A stretch of 64,000 nucleotides of DNA from Ruditapes philippinarum. Its lineage: Eukaryota. Made by a program: the position numbers and the translations under genes. Positions 38,301 to 51,084 of the stretch are shown here, piece by piece (positions within the stretch are counted from its first letter, which is position 1; every line of letters begins with the position of its first letter). The stretch lies in assembly GCF_026571515.1 (NCBI RefSeq), contig NW_026865571.1, forward strand, positions 1-64,000, written 5' to 3'. A model generated the notes under the pieces. That model was not told where the DNA came from and did not search any database. It worked only from the letters and a program-made list of their open reading frames with translations.

Positions 38301-41300
38301 TAAAGAATAAAATGGTGGTTTCCTAACTTGATCCATGTGGGTTAGGTTAGAGCGTTAATATTTCACAATAGTTGTCACAGTGAACTCTGAAAACGTTAAC
38401 ATGTCAAATGAATGACTTAGACTTGTTTCAATCATATAATATCCACAATATATGTTATTGTAACTTCAAGTCACATGCTACTCGGTGATTCAGTTGGCGT
38501 CTAAATTTCGTTCAAAATATTAAGAGGATATTTTTTTATTTAAAAAAAAAAATAACCTTTTTATTTAATCTCATTATCAAAGAAAATGGTTACGAACCCC
38601 CTTGCTTGCTACGCAACTGCAATTGTACAGCGCGCAGTAATAAAATTATTGTCTTGTTTTGCGCGCGATATTTAGCGCTACATTGTGACGTCACGTAAAC
38701 AACTCTTTAAACGTCTGTACAGCGTTAATGACTGAATTAAAGATATTGGTGTTCGGATTTATTTTCTTAGTTAGACCATTTTCTATCATTCTAGATAGTT
38801 TTCAAAACAAAATTCAACAAAAAGTTGTTTTGTATTTTCAGATTTTGCAAACAGAATGTCAAAAGAAGTCCGTTAAAATAAATATGAGTTTTGACTCCGC
38901 CTACTTTCATATTTATATTTCATATTTATTTTTAAAAAATATGAAATATATTTGACTGATATAGCACCATATTTCATGGGTAAAATTAAATAATAAGAGG
39001 ATAATTTTTCGTTTGAGTTAAATATGGAATATATTTTCACGAAACATGATAAAATGCCACATATTTTCACGAGCCGGGACGGCGAGTGAAAATATGTGGC
39101 ATTTTATCATGTTGAGTGAAAATATATACCATATTTCACGAAAAACGAAAAAATAACCTTTTTATTTAATCTCATTATCAAAGAAAATGGTTACGAACCC
39201 CCTTGCTTGCTACGCAACTGCAATTGTACAGCGCGCAGTAATAAAATTATTGTCTTGTTTTGCGCGCGATATTTAGCGCTACATTGTGACGTCACGTAAA
39301 CAACTCTTTAAACGTCTGTACAGCGTTAATGACTGAATTAAAGATATTGGTGTTCGGATTTATTTTCTTAGTTAGACCATTTTCTATCATTCTAGATAGT
39401 TTTCAAAACAAAATTCAACAAAAAGTTGTTTTGTATTTTCAGATTTTGCAAACAGAATGTCAAAAGAAGTCCGTTAAAATAAATATGAGTTTTGACTCCG
39501 CCTACTTTCATATTTATATTTCATATTTATTTTTAAAAAATATGAAATATATTTGACTGATATAGCACCATATTTCATGGGTAAAATTAAATAAATAGAT
39601 ATATTTACGCTTCGAACTCAATATACATGTACAGTGTATATAGAATTTAAACAGAAATTCATGCTGGGACTTTAAAAATGTCGTTTTTACGTGATTTGAG
39701 TACATAAGATCATTTTGATATTTGAGCCGCGTCATGACAAAACCAACCTAATGGGTTTGCGACCAGCATGAATCCAGACCAGCCTGCGCATCCGCGCAGT
39801 CTGGTCAGGATCCATGCTGTTCGCTATCAGTTTCTCTACTTGTAAATTACAAGTTGTAATAGGGTTTATAAATAATCAGTTTTTTTGTAATAGGGTTTGT
39901 AAGCGAACAGCATGGATCCTGATCAGACTGCGTGGATGCGCAGACTGGTCTTGATCCATGCTGGTCGCAAACGCACTATGTTGGTTTTGTCGTGACGCGG
40001 CTCATTTGTGTCTTTAATTTGCCTGAGTATCCCTTTAAACAACATCAACTTTGTTGAACTATATCACAACCGGATGATATACTTAAAGTATAATATTGAG
40101 ACATTTGCTTTTCATTTAAGTTCATGGTGATGATATGCACACGGTTTTTGCAGACATCTATAGTTTCAATGACGTCACAGGATAGAGGAAAAGGAGCATC
40201 CACCGGATATCTATTTACTGCTCCAAAAGAAGCTTCCGGTATATTTCGTTTAAGATAAATACACACAATAGTTATTCATGAAGTTAACATTTGTTATATT
40301 TTCGAAAGAGAACTTTTTATAAATGTTTACGAAAAATATTAAAATGATACTTTTCCGTTTAAGTGAAATACGAAATTATTTTTTCTCGAGACTTTATAAG
40401 CGTTCATATATTTTAAAGTTTAAGGATTTAGAAAAAATGTTGGGCAAAAATCCAATGTTATCTAGAGAACTTAGCTCTTTATAAAAGATTCATTTAGTTA
40501 CTAACAATAATAAATGTTTTGAATTTTCCTCAGTAAATCTTAAACAGAATCGTCCAGAATAATAATAAATTTGCAAAAGATATATTTATTTACCAACATT
40601 TAAATTGTTTTTATTTTTTCTAAAGAAATGTGTAACAAAGTCGTCTAAGTTCATTGGGCAATGGACAAGTAAGATTAAACGGTCATTTATTCTTTGACCA
40701 TTTGTTTCAAACTGAGAACTTCGTTTTCTGTAAATAAAAAGAGATAATGACCAATTTGTACAAAAACCGTAAAGAATTTAAAAATTATAAGATTTATTTA
40801 TATTTTTAATTCAGATTTCGACGTCAAAACAATTTGCAATAAATTGTCATTGGACTCATCTGTTAACAACACTGATGAGGCAAACATCAGTGGGAGTGCG
40901 AGCACACATTCTGGTGTAAAACGAGATAGAAATACGGACAAAGTTTATAATTTCGATCAAGAGTTTGAATTAGATGATCCTGTAGATCGTGTTATAAAAT
41001 TTAAAAAGAGTAGGGCGGATGCTAAAAAACAAAGACTGAGACTTCAAAGACACCGCAGCAACAGAAAACCAACTCCGAAAACTGAAAATTCTATTTCTAC
41101 AACAGAGTATAGTGCAACGACAGATATAGCGAAGAATGTGTTCAATGACAATTTTCCCAGCCTTGACAGAAAACCAACTTCGAAATATAATAGTTCATTT
41201 CCGACATTAAGTGACCATAATGCAAAAACTTCAACACCGTTAAAAGCGTATGGTTCGGTTCGCAAGATAGCCGAAGAAATAGGCCCAGTAATGATGCGGT

Positions 41301-41365
41301 CATTTACTAGATACTCAGATATTGAGCTTGTAAGACTGGTACACCAAAAAGCTTCCGGCAAATAG
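26323..41365 (+). CDS. Peripherin-2/RDS/ROM1-like tetraspanin, paralog 1 (~488 aa)
   Basis: Exons 26323-26885, 27618-27852, 40121-40238, 40815-41365 (phases 2,0,1; open). Four TM segments; MQISFECCG..YKDWF..W; DVPFSCC..RPC..HFNYD..LY..GC; RFLQTS..GYLF are RDS-subfamily signatures. Confidence 0.88.
28445..29520. mobile_element. IS3EU-like non-autonomous element (1076 bp)
   Basis: TIR TACGATGGCATAAAAGTGACATTTG / CAAATGTCACTTTTATGCCACCGTT extended by ~21-bp subterminal tandem repeats; perfect 6-bp TSD CAAAAT (28439-28444, 29521-29526); absent from the sister copy at ~43575. Confidence 0.8.
30278..37501 (+). mobile_element. AcademX DNA transposon, full length (7224 bp)
   Basis: Termini TAGTTAGAGTC...GACTCTAACTA; 3-bp TSD ATA (30275-30277, 37502-37504); ~170-bp block-conserved TIRs; empty site visible in the sister host copy (~42990-43000); encodes a DDE+XPG+Cys-rich protein. 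Confidence 0.92.
31628..36870 (+). pseudogene. Academ transposase (N-terminal Cys/His motifs, DDE, XPG/FEN1-like nuclease, C-terminal Cys cluster); two frameshifts in exon 1
   Basis: Exons 31628-33390 and 34032-36870 (phase-2 GT-AG intron). Motifs IDWEKCILCQ, AKWHKLC, SAVDNIDHN, IAADQPLF, GGLHIE, DHAHEQNNK, LIDGAA, WDRY, HEEADTRL, DTDV, HAFTGCD, CSC..C..RCKC..C..LCKC. Frameshifts at ~32033 and ~32430. Confidence 0.9.
38521..39595 (+). mobile_element. Head-to-tail dimer of a Crypton-like hairpin element (601-bp period)
   Basis: 38548-38991 is identical to 39149-39592; the junction carries TAAGAGGATA plus a ~150-bp palindrome (39003-39153); the first unit's palindrome is deleted; a related fragment lies at ~46420-46600. 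Confidence 0.7.
39723..40004. mobile_element. Palindromic MITE TGAGCCGCG...CGCGGCTCA
   Basis: ~100-bp TIRs; further copies at 41572-41688 (half), 53791-54027 and a fragment at ~63950-64000. Confidence 0.85.
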
Positions 41366-41571
41366 AAAACTGTCTACGAGCAAAGGAATATACATTAATA
41401 AAAATGATTTTTGTATCAGAAAATGTATTTATTCTTTCTTGCTTATTACGAAAGTAAGGTCATTTTTTCACACTTAATCCCTGTCCTATTGCCATTCAAA
41501 GAGGGAAACCATTCTCTGTAATTGTGGACGCCTGAACCTCTCCTTTTCATGTCGAGCAATGATATGTAAAT

Positions 41572-41688
41572 GTCACGACAAAACCAACATAATGGATTTG
41601 CGACCAGCATGGATCCAGACCAGCCTGCGCATCCGCGCATTCTGATCAGGATCCATGCTGTTCGCTATCAGTTTCTCTACTTGTAGTA
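41572..41688. mobile_element. Half copy of the TGAGCC palindromic MITE
   Basis: GTCACGACAAAACCAAC..GCGACCAGCATGGATCCAGACCAGCCTGCGCATCCGCGCA matches the left arm of 39723-40004. Confidence 0.8.
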
Positions 41689-42425
41689 ACCGTTAATCAA
41701 CCGAAATCACTGTAATGACGTAATAAAATTAGAATATTGAGTTATTTTATTATCAACATTAATTGTACGCATTTGCTAGCAGTGATGTATTTAAGTCATT
41801 TAATATAATTAATAAAACAGTCAAAATTGTTGATACATTCCTACCATATGATACAAATCACTTTATTGAAGCTACCTCAAATTATGAAAGAAAATAAAAT
41901 GTGTCGATGCAAAGCCCAAACCTGAGCAGGATGTAGCAAAAAAGCTTTGATTGTAAGGTTAAACAGGTCCACGGTTTATACAGAACGTATTTTTAAACTT
42001 TCCTGTGACTTAATTTGTTTATCAACAAAGCGCTTTGTAAATAAGTATATATTCTTCGACATAGAACAATTATTTCGGTATATGTATTTATATAGATATT
42101 CTGACAATATTTATTTTCTGTAGAATATATGCGTGAAATTGAGCTAAATCTCTAAATTTTGCATCTTTTGTAGGGCATTTTGAAAAAAAACTGCTAGCTT
42201 CTAAAAGTATTAAATTCATGTAAAACTTGTCAGGGGAGTTTAACTTTGTTCATTGTTCATTGTTTCATTTCTAACTGGGCTGAAATTGACATTAGTCTGT
42301 AATTGAAAATGGCAGATTTCAGTTAAAACTAGGTAAATTTGTCAGAAATCTTTCCCCAAATTTAAAACTTGCCATTCATATACACATTTTATTATTAAAG
42401 ATTAAGGTCTAATAATTTGGTTCAC

Positions 42426-43627
42426 TGTTACACCTCACTTTGGGGTCCAACGCACTTTGGGGTACAATTTCGACCCCAAAGTGCGTTAAACAGGTACATA
42501 TGTATTTTTTAACATCAGACAAACGACCGCACTTTGGGGTCATAAAAAATTAATTTTCATTATGTTTTAGATAATATATTATAGTCAAAGCCAATAGTAA
42601 ACAAAAATCAAGGTTCATGCATTAAATAGACGCAAAACATGTGCCCTGAATTATAGTAGAATCCATAGGGATTTAAATGATCTTGATCAGTAAGTGAAGA
42701 ACTTTCATCAAATAAAGAATTTGTATCAATTAATGAGCTCAAAATGTATTTTTTCTCAAACTTTCCATTTATTTTAAAAGATTATCTCCATTGTTTTTAG
42801 ATTATTGCATCATTTTCCCGTTTTTTATTTATACAGATAGTCTTAGCATAGACAAAGGTAAAAAATGTGCCTGATTATATGTTGAAAGAGTAATTTATTT
42901 AGCTTATCTAAATGTGACATTATAAGGAACTGGACTAGGTGTAGATGCGGCTTCAAGTACTAGTCCGTACATACAGGCTACAGTACTAGAAATATCATAA
43001 ACTATTTAAGTAGTCACACATTAAGAGGGTAGCTTCATAATAATGTAAAGTTCTCAGTGGGGGTCTACAGGGGGTAGTGGGGTATCGATCCCCCAAGGGT
43101 TAAAATAACATTTTAAAGGCCCATTAAGCTTTTATTTGTTTTTCTTAAAAGCTTTTTTATTTTGATGTTCTTCTATAATATCCAAAATTACTCACTGGCC
43201 AATTATCTAAACCATCTTTTTCATCTGTTTGTTTTGGCAATGATGAGTACAGTTATAGTGAATTAGTATGAAGTCAAATATTTCATTGTTTTAACTACTT
43301 TTATGACAAATAATTTCACATTGTAACAAGTATCTTACGTTTCTCTGATCGAGAAACTTACGTTTCTCTGATCGAGAAACTTGATATTTCACCAGAACAT
43401 TGCAATAGAGTATATTGATAGTTCTCTGGAAAAAATATATATGAACTGCATTTTATTTCATTCCCATCATATATAAAATGGGGCTCAATATAGCACTAAA
43501 GGTTATCAAGTAAATGACTGACAGAACGGGATATTTTTCGCAGCATCTTTTAATTTTAGGAATACATCAGTACTTTGTTATATAAACACAATTTTTAGAT
43601 ATTTCAAGTGGTAAAATTAATGAAACT
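42426..43627 (-). mobile_element. Second, inverted and truncated copy of the TGT...ACA element, lacking both nested insertions
   Basis: Reverse complement of ~38050-37505 joined to 30277-29527 joined to 28444-28390. Confidence 0.85.
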
Positions 43628-44001
43628 GGCTATAATAATGGCTATAAATGTGAATAACACGGGCTGTTTTTTTTTCAAAAAAAGGCGGACAAATCCTGTT
43701 GGTATGTAATCTTGAAAAATCATAGTATAGGTACAAAAGTAATACCTTTAGAAGCGGAATTTATTTTGGAAAAAATGATATATACTACAAGTTATTTGGA
43801 GTGTATGTAAGACCGTAAGTTATGATTAAACTGTGTTATTTAGTACCAGGAATACATGTTAACATATTAGACAGTGCTAATTGTGAGATATTCTACATGT
43901 ATATGTATATAGATTTATAATCTAACAACTTTTTCCTTGAATCGCTTTGGTGTATTTCAGCAATAACAAATTGAAAATGCATTTGTATTCAAGATACTTA
44001 A

Positions 44002-44520
44002 AGGAGACACAGCCAAAATTTTTATTTCTTCGTTTTGATTTTTTCATAGATTATTCAGTAAATATCCTCAAAATAAATGCACTATAGGTAGTCACAAGAA
44101 CAAAACTTTTCTCCTTTAAAAGAAGAAAATGGTGGTTTCTTAACTTGACCCACGTGGTTCAGGCTAGATTGTTAAGATTTTACAATAGTTGTCACAGTGA
44201 ACTCGTTAAAACTCGAGAAACGTTAAAGAACATATCAAATAAATGACTTAGACTTGTTTCAATCATACAATTGCCACACTTTCTGCTTTTGTAACTTCCA
44301 GGGTTTGTTCAAGTCAAATGGCTTGTTTTTAAACTCCTCGGTGATTTTGTCGGCGTCTATATTTCGTTCGATATATCTAGATATATTTACGCTTCAAACC
44401 TAAACTATATAGAATTTATACAGAAATTCATGCTGGAACTTAAAAAAAATGTCATTTTAGTGTGATTTGAGTACATTAAATCATTTTAATATTTTTGTCA
44501 TTTATTTGCCCGAGTATCCT
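44002..44520 (+). mobile_element. TTAA-target MITE, uninterrupted sister of 38184-40034
   Basis: TTAA|AGGAGACAC...GAGTATCCT; colinear with 38184-38520 + 39596-39722 + 40005-40034. Confidence 0.8.
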
Positions 44521-44635
44521 TATAAAAAGAGACCAGTCCCCGTTTTTTTTAGGAAAAGTTGGCAACGTCTTTATCAGATCCGCTCATCTAATTATGGCTG
44601 ACGTCGGATTTTACGCGAAATATCTCGATGTAATT

Positions 44636-44669
44636 TGACGTCATATCCGCAATCGATGAAACAAAATGG
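44636..44669 (+). promoter_or_regulatory. Proximal promoter module of tetraspanin 2
   Basis: TGACGTCA-TATCCG-n9-AAACAAAATGG, matching 26239-26273. Confidence 0.5.
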
Positions 44670-44740
44670 ATCTTTTAAGAAAAAATGTTAACCAACATGA
44701 TATTTAACAACAAAGGGCTTTGCTTTTGAGATGGATTGTC

Positions 44741-47700
44741 ATGGCAGGACCAGTTATTAAATTTACGGAACGAAAGCGTGAAAAGTTTGCAAAATTTGTT
44801 GGATTTACGCAGTGGGTTTGCATTTTACCATCTTTTATGTGTCTGGTGTTAGCATTATATGTACAGTTAGTGATAGAAGCTAAAATAAATTTCATTGAAG
44901 ACTACAACGGCACGATACTTCCTGGATTCCTTCTATTTTGTGGATTTTTCGGATTGTTTTCGCACATTTTATGTGGTAAAGTAGCTTATACCAACAGGTT
45001 ACCTGAAAAAAGGGAGAAATGGATGAAATTTTTGCTTCCTGCGCTAATTGTAACATTCGTCATATTCTTAGCTGAATTAATTTCTGGAGTAATGTGTTTT
45101 GCGCATATTCAAAATTTGGAGGAATCATTTCAATCCGGCATTAAGGCTGCGATGTCTGCTTACAAGGATGATGCGACAACTAAGGAGGAACTTGACATAT
45201 TGCAGTTCGAGTATGAATGTTGTGGTAGCAAGGATTATATGGATTGGTTTTCTGTTGCCTGGATTCATCCCGACTTCAGGAGTACAAAGTCACGAACAAG
45301 GTATACATGTATTTTTATGAAAACAGTGCATTTGTTTCCAAATACCGTAGGTGTATGTGTAGGCAAGATTTTAGTTTATGTAATATTCGACTTAAAAGTA
45401 GCCTTATATTGAATTATAAAATATCTATCTATCGATCGATCGATCGATCTCTATCGATCGATCTATAAAATATAAAATGACAAATGATCTTAATTGGCAA
45501 ACCCTTGAACAGCGTCGAAACATCATTGCTTTAACCTACTTGTATAAAATCCAAAACAACATTGTTTTTGTTGACCACCAACACCTTACTCAAACTACTC
45601 GAGGACACAATATCATCAAAATTCTTTCTTTCCTAGGAGATACGTCTTTGGAATAGCCTTCCTGTCTAGCCCCAGTTTAAACATCTTTACTGAGAGGCTT
45701 GACCCATTCTATGAATTCTAAATCGCACACTATGTCTTTTAAATTAATAGTCTTGTAGAACTTTTATTTTTTTAACTTTTTAAATTTGCATATCAATAAT
45801 TTCTTTTATTAACAAATCAGAATTTATTGTTAAGCAGTATGATGAATATGTAGATGTACATGCAACAAAATATCGACATTAATTGTAACAATATAGAAAA
45901 AATATCGAGATGAATCAGTACTGTAAACAAACAGTCGCCAATAAAATATATAAATAAAATAGTTTACATAAATATATTATAATTAACTATAGAAAATGAT
46001 AATAATTATGCTGAGCGCTATTGGCTGAAACAAAGTTTTTGCCCATAAAGACAGTGTGTTTTATTAAGATTACATGATCTTTACTCATTATTCAGCGACT
46101 TAAACAAGACGGTACTTGACAGCGTCCCATTTAGCTGTTGTAATCCACAAACTTTGCGCCCGTGCATTCAACATCACGTGCACGACAATAACCTACACTT
46201 CAACTACGACTATCGAAAGGAAACAACACTGTATAGCAACGGATGTACGGAAAAACTGATGTCGTTTTACAAACATTCAGTTCTGATGGTAGCTGGTGGA
46301 CTGGTTTTTATCCTGTCAAGTATAGAGGTAGGTACCAAACGTTTATCCTGTCAAGTATAGAGGTAGGTACCAAACATTTTTCTTATATATACTAACAGGA
46401 TATTTTTAATAACAAATATAATATATAATTGACTGATATAGCACCATATTTCAGAGGCAACATTAAATAATAAGAGTTAAATATATGGAATTTTATCATG
46501 TGAAGTGGTAATGATATCCATATTAAAAAAAAAGAAACACACACCTTTTTATTTAATTTTGCTACGCAGTTGCAATTGTACAGCGCGCAGCAATACATTA
46601 ATTAAAATTAGGTGCGGGACACAGTTAGAATCCAATACACAATTCATTACAGTCATCTTGAACTTTCTTTTAAAAACATAACCAGACAATTTCCGATGGT
46701 GAAATGCATTGCTGAAGCTACTGTCTGCAACAGAGAAACATCTGAGAAAGAAGTTCAAAAGAGAAATAGAGGATATTCAAGTTTTTTCTATAAATGCAAT
46801 ATTGCCGCTGGATAACAATTGTATATTAATGTTTATTTCACGTGAATAATTTGTATAAAGAACTGCATGTTCGTCTTTTTTTAAACATGAATTGCATGTG
46901 ACTTTTCTTTACAGTTTGAGCTGATTATATGTATGCGGTTACTTCAAACGGCAGTGGCGTCATCGCTAGAGTCCTATGATCAAGAAGGTCCATCATATGG
47001 GTATCTGTTCGGTAATCCGCAGAAAACAGGTAAATAAAAAAATAGAATCTACTATCCTTTTTTAAATTCTTAATTCGACAAACCTATTTGAGCTAAACTT
47101 TGATTAGAACTGAAATTGCAAGTTGGAGTTTGAGACGATATTTGTTTTGAGTGAATATATTATATACACATGTATCTCACAGAGAAGTGGGGAAAATTGT
47201 AACATTGTGAAAACAATAAGCGCGGGAAACATAAACTTGTTAATAAGATGACGTCAGACGATCAACGTTGCGGGAACAAAAATACAATTTTAGTGCTTAT
47301 ATATGAATCATTCTTGCATATTAGACAGAGCCGCGTTACCGCGGTAAACAGTTACCCTCGAGCTAGATATTCTGGTCTGTACCAACAGCCCCGGTATAAG
47401 ATATTTAACAAATAATACATGGCCTTAAGGGCAATATGCAAGTTTACGGACTGATTGGTCAGACTGAGGAAGGTATATGACCCGAAGCGCAGCTGAGGGA
47501 CATATACCTTCCGAGGTCTGTCCAACACACAGGCGCTAGTCACATAATCAAATATTTTACATAATCGGTCTATATATGTATATAAAGATATATCTTTATA
47601 TACATATATAGACCGATTATGTAAAATATTTGATTATGTGACTAGCGCCTGTGGTCCAACATGTCCGTAAACTTGCATTTAGCCCGAAAGGCCATGTTTT

Positions 47701-50700
47701 ATTGTCCCCCGCCTTTTCGAAGAAAAAAGGGGGATATAGTAATAGGCTCCGTCCGTCCGTCACACTTTCGTGTCCGGTCAATAACTTTGTCATTCATCAA
47801 AGGAATCTGAAATAACTTGGCACAAATGTTTGTTATAATAAGACGATGTGTCATGCGCATCAACCAGACCCCTTCCTCCAGGGTCAAGGTCGCACTTGCT
47901 CATTCAACGTCAACATTGTCCATTTGATGGTATACTTTGTGTCCGGTCCATAAATTTTTCATGGATCAAAGGATTTTGTAAATACTTGCCACAAATAGTC
48001 ACTATAATAAGACAATGTGTCGTGCGCAACACCTGCATCCCTACCTCCAAGTTCAAGGTCACACTTAGAGGTCAAAAGTTAACATAGTCTGTTTTAGGGT
48101 ATATTTATTGTCTGATCTAGAACTTCTTCGGTTTTTGAAATAACTAGGCACAAATAGTCACAATAAATAAGACAATATGTCAGGTACAACACCTGCACCC
48201 CTACCTCCAAGGTCAGGGTCACACTTAGAGGTCAAAGGTTAACAGTCTGTTATATGGTATATTTTGTGTTCAGTCCATAACCTTTTCATAGATCAAGGGA
48301 TTTTAAAAATACTTTGCACAAATAATCACATTAATAAGATGATATGTCAGGCGCAAAACATGGGTCCCTACCTCAAAGGTCACACTTAGAGGTCAAAGAT
48401 TGACATAGTCTGTTATAGGGTATATTTTTATGTCCGATCTATAACTTCTTCATAGTTCAAGGGATTTTGAAAATACTTGGCACAAATAGTAATAATAATA
48501 AGACGATATGTCATGCACAACACATGCACCCCTACCTCCAAGGTCAAGGTCACACTTAGAGGTCAAAGGTTAACATGATAGATTTTTAAATTCTGTGTTT
48601 CATTTTACTAGTTTTCTTTAATAAATTTATTGTTGCACTTGCAGATCTAGCATTGAAATAATTTTGGACTGAAAGTCCTGAGATTCATACCTCAATCTTT
48701 TGAAATAGCACAATTTTATGCTTCATATAAAACTTCCCCGAGGCGGGGGACGTTGGTAACTCTGTTACAAATTCTTATTTGTTATATTATACCGAATCTA
48801 AATCATTTTATCCCTTTTGTTGCTGACATTTTAACTATAATTTGCTTTCAAATAATAATTTATTTGTTAAGTGTGTGAAATATCTCAAACCCTAGTCGGA
48901 TTTATTATTATTATTTTCAAGCGATACAGAAAAAAAATCATGCTCTTCTTTTGTTATTCATTTTTTGTTAATCAAATTGAACAGGCAAAAAAACCCGAAA
49001 TTTAAGATTTTAAATGACGTCATCCAGGCAATATAAGAATTATGGACCGCCCCGGTCTTAATGCGGTTTATGTACCGGGTGGTGGCATACTAAATATAGA
49101 AAGACGTATGCAAATGAAATGTAATATATAGAGGATATTGAATGAGTGTAAGTTCAATACTGAATTTATTGCACGAGTTGAATAAAATTATATTATGCGA
49201 GCCTCTGGCGAGCATACTATTATTTCATTCCACGAGTGCAATAAATTCAGTAATGAACTTACACGAATTTAATATTCTACTTATCACACACCCAAAATAA
49301 AGATCGTTTAAAGTGAAATAAGAGTCATTTTTCATTGACGCGCCTATAGTATAACGCTAACATTTAGCGCGTCTTTACACTATGTTTGCATAACGCTAAT
49401 GACGTCACGTCAAAATATATGCTCTGCCGTGCAATACCCTATTTACGGAGTCGCAAAATCGGCACGGATGTTTGATAAATAAGATTTATCACGTACACGT
49501 GCCGCTTTTGCGAATCCGTAAAAATGGTATTGCACGGCCGTGCATATATTTTGACGTTATGTCATTTGCGTTATACAAACCTACGTAATTGTTAGTTACA
49601 TTATAAGCGCGTCAATGATAATACGATTTTTTTCGCTTTCAACGGTAAATTTATTGTGGGTATATGATAAATAGATAGAGAATATTCAAGTTTTTCTATA
49701 AATACAGTATTTATTTTCATCGAGTTGTATGAAAATAAATATTTCATGAGTGGCGGTAGCCACGAGTGAAATATTATAATTTTCATACTACAAGATGAAA
49801 ATAAATCCTTGAAAACTTGATTTTTCTGTTTATTATATACATAGAGGATATTTGTTAAGTTCAGTGTAAGGTCGGAATATATTTCACCGAGTGAGCACCA
49901 AAAGGTATATTGAGCGAAATGTGAACTTTTGGTGTTCACGAGGTGAAATATATTTCGATCTTACACTAAACTAAACAAATTTTCTTTTTATTACATGCAA
50001 TCAAACGTTAAAAAGGACATTTTTACCTATTAATACACTTGTTACTATATATAGTAACAAATTGCCTATGATTTCAACTGATTATGAGTGTCACGTGACC
50101 TATTATGAGTTTGCGGCCCGGGGCCGAGAACTAGTTATCAGCCCGCAGAACATGTGCACGTGCACAAACTGAAACAATGACGTCATATTTTACGTCATGA
50201 AACAGTTAACTGTAAAAGTGAAAGTAGACTGACAGCACATCGTATTTAGTACAAACACATTTTTGTTACTGTTGAAATTTGAAGAAATAATACGACAAAT
50301 TCAATCCGAAAAAAAAAGAAAATAAAACTTGCTTCTTTGAACACACAAACAGTAAACATCTCCGTACAGAACACAAGAATTTCAACCAAAGAACTTCAAA
50401 GTAGATTTCTATTTGTTGTTGTTGTTTTTTTTTCTTTTTTAAAAATGCTACTATTAGATCTACCAAGTGTCAGAGTAGGGCCGGAAGGTGATAATCGGCC
50501 CTGAATGAATAATGGCCCTCGGGCTAAAGCCCTCGGGTCCATTATTCATTTTGCGGGCCGATTATCACCTTCCTGCCCTCTCCTGCCGTGTATTAACCTC
50601 TTATTAATACACTTGTTACTATATATAGTAACAAAATCGCCTATGATTTCAACTGATTATGAGTGTCACGTGACCTATTATGAGTTTGCGGCCCGGGGCC

Positions 50701-51053
50701 GAGAACTAGTTATCAGCCCGCAGAACATGTGCACGTGCACAAACTGAAACACTGACGTCATATTTTACGTCATCAAACAGTTAACTGTAAAAGTGAAAGT
50801 AGGTTGTCAGCACGAATCGCTTTATTTCTATTATGAGAGCTTAAGCGTATTTAGTACAAACACAATTTTGTTACTATTGAAAATTGAAGAAATAATACGA
50901 CAAATTCATTCCGAAAAAAATGAAAATAAAACTTGCTTCTTGATTCTACTGCTTTGAACACACAAACAGTAGATTCTAAACGTCTCTGTACAGAACAGTA
51001 GAAGAGTAGACAAGAATTTCAACGAAAGAACTTCAAAGTATTTGTTGTTGTTG

Positions 51054-51084
<31 letters not shown>

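Larger units (their letters stand above)
38184..40034 (+). mobile_element. TTAA-target (Kolobok-type) MITE expanded by two nested insertions
   Basis: TTAA|AGGGAGACAC...GAGTATCCCT|TTAA; ~520-bp uninterrupted sister copy at 44002-44520. Confidence 0.8.

Noticed and set aside
38728-39556. Two identical 75-aa ORFs as duplicated genes
   Set aside because: Chance ORFs within a duplicated AT-rich repeat; no protein features.
45590-45670. Additional tetraspanin exon
   Set aside because: Reads as NSFFPR..WNSLP with a frameshift, a decayed CR1-type LINE 3' end too short to annotate confidently.
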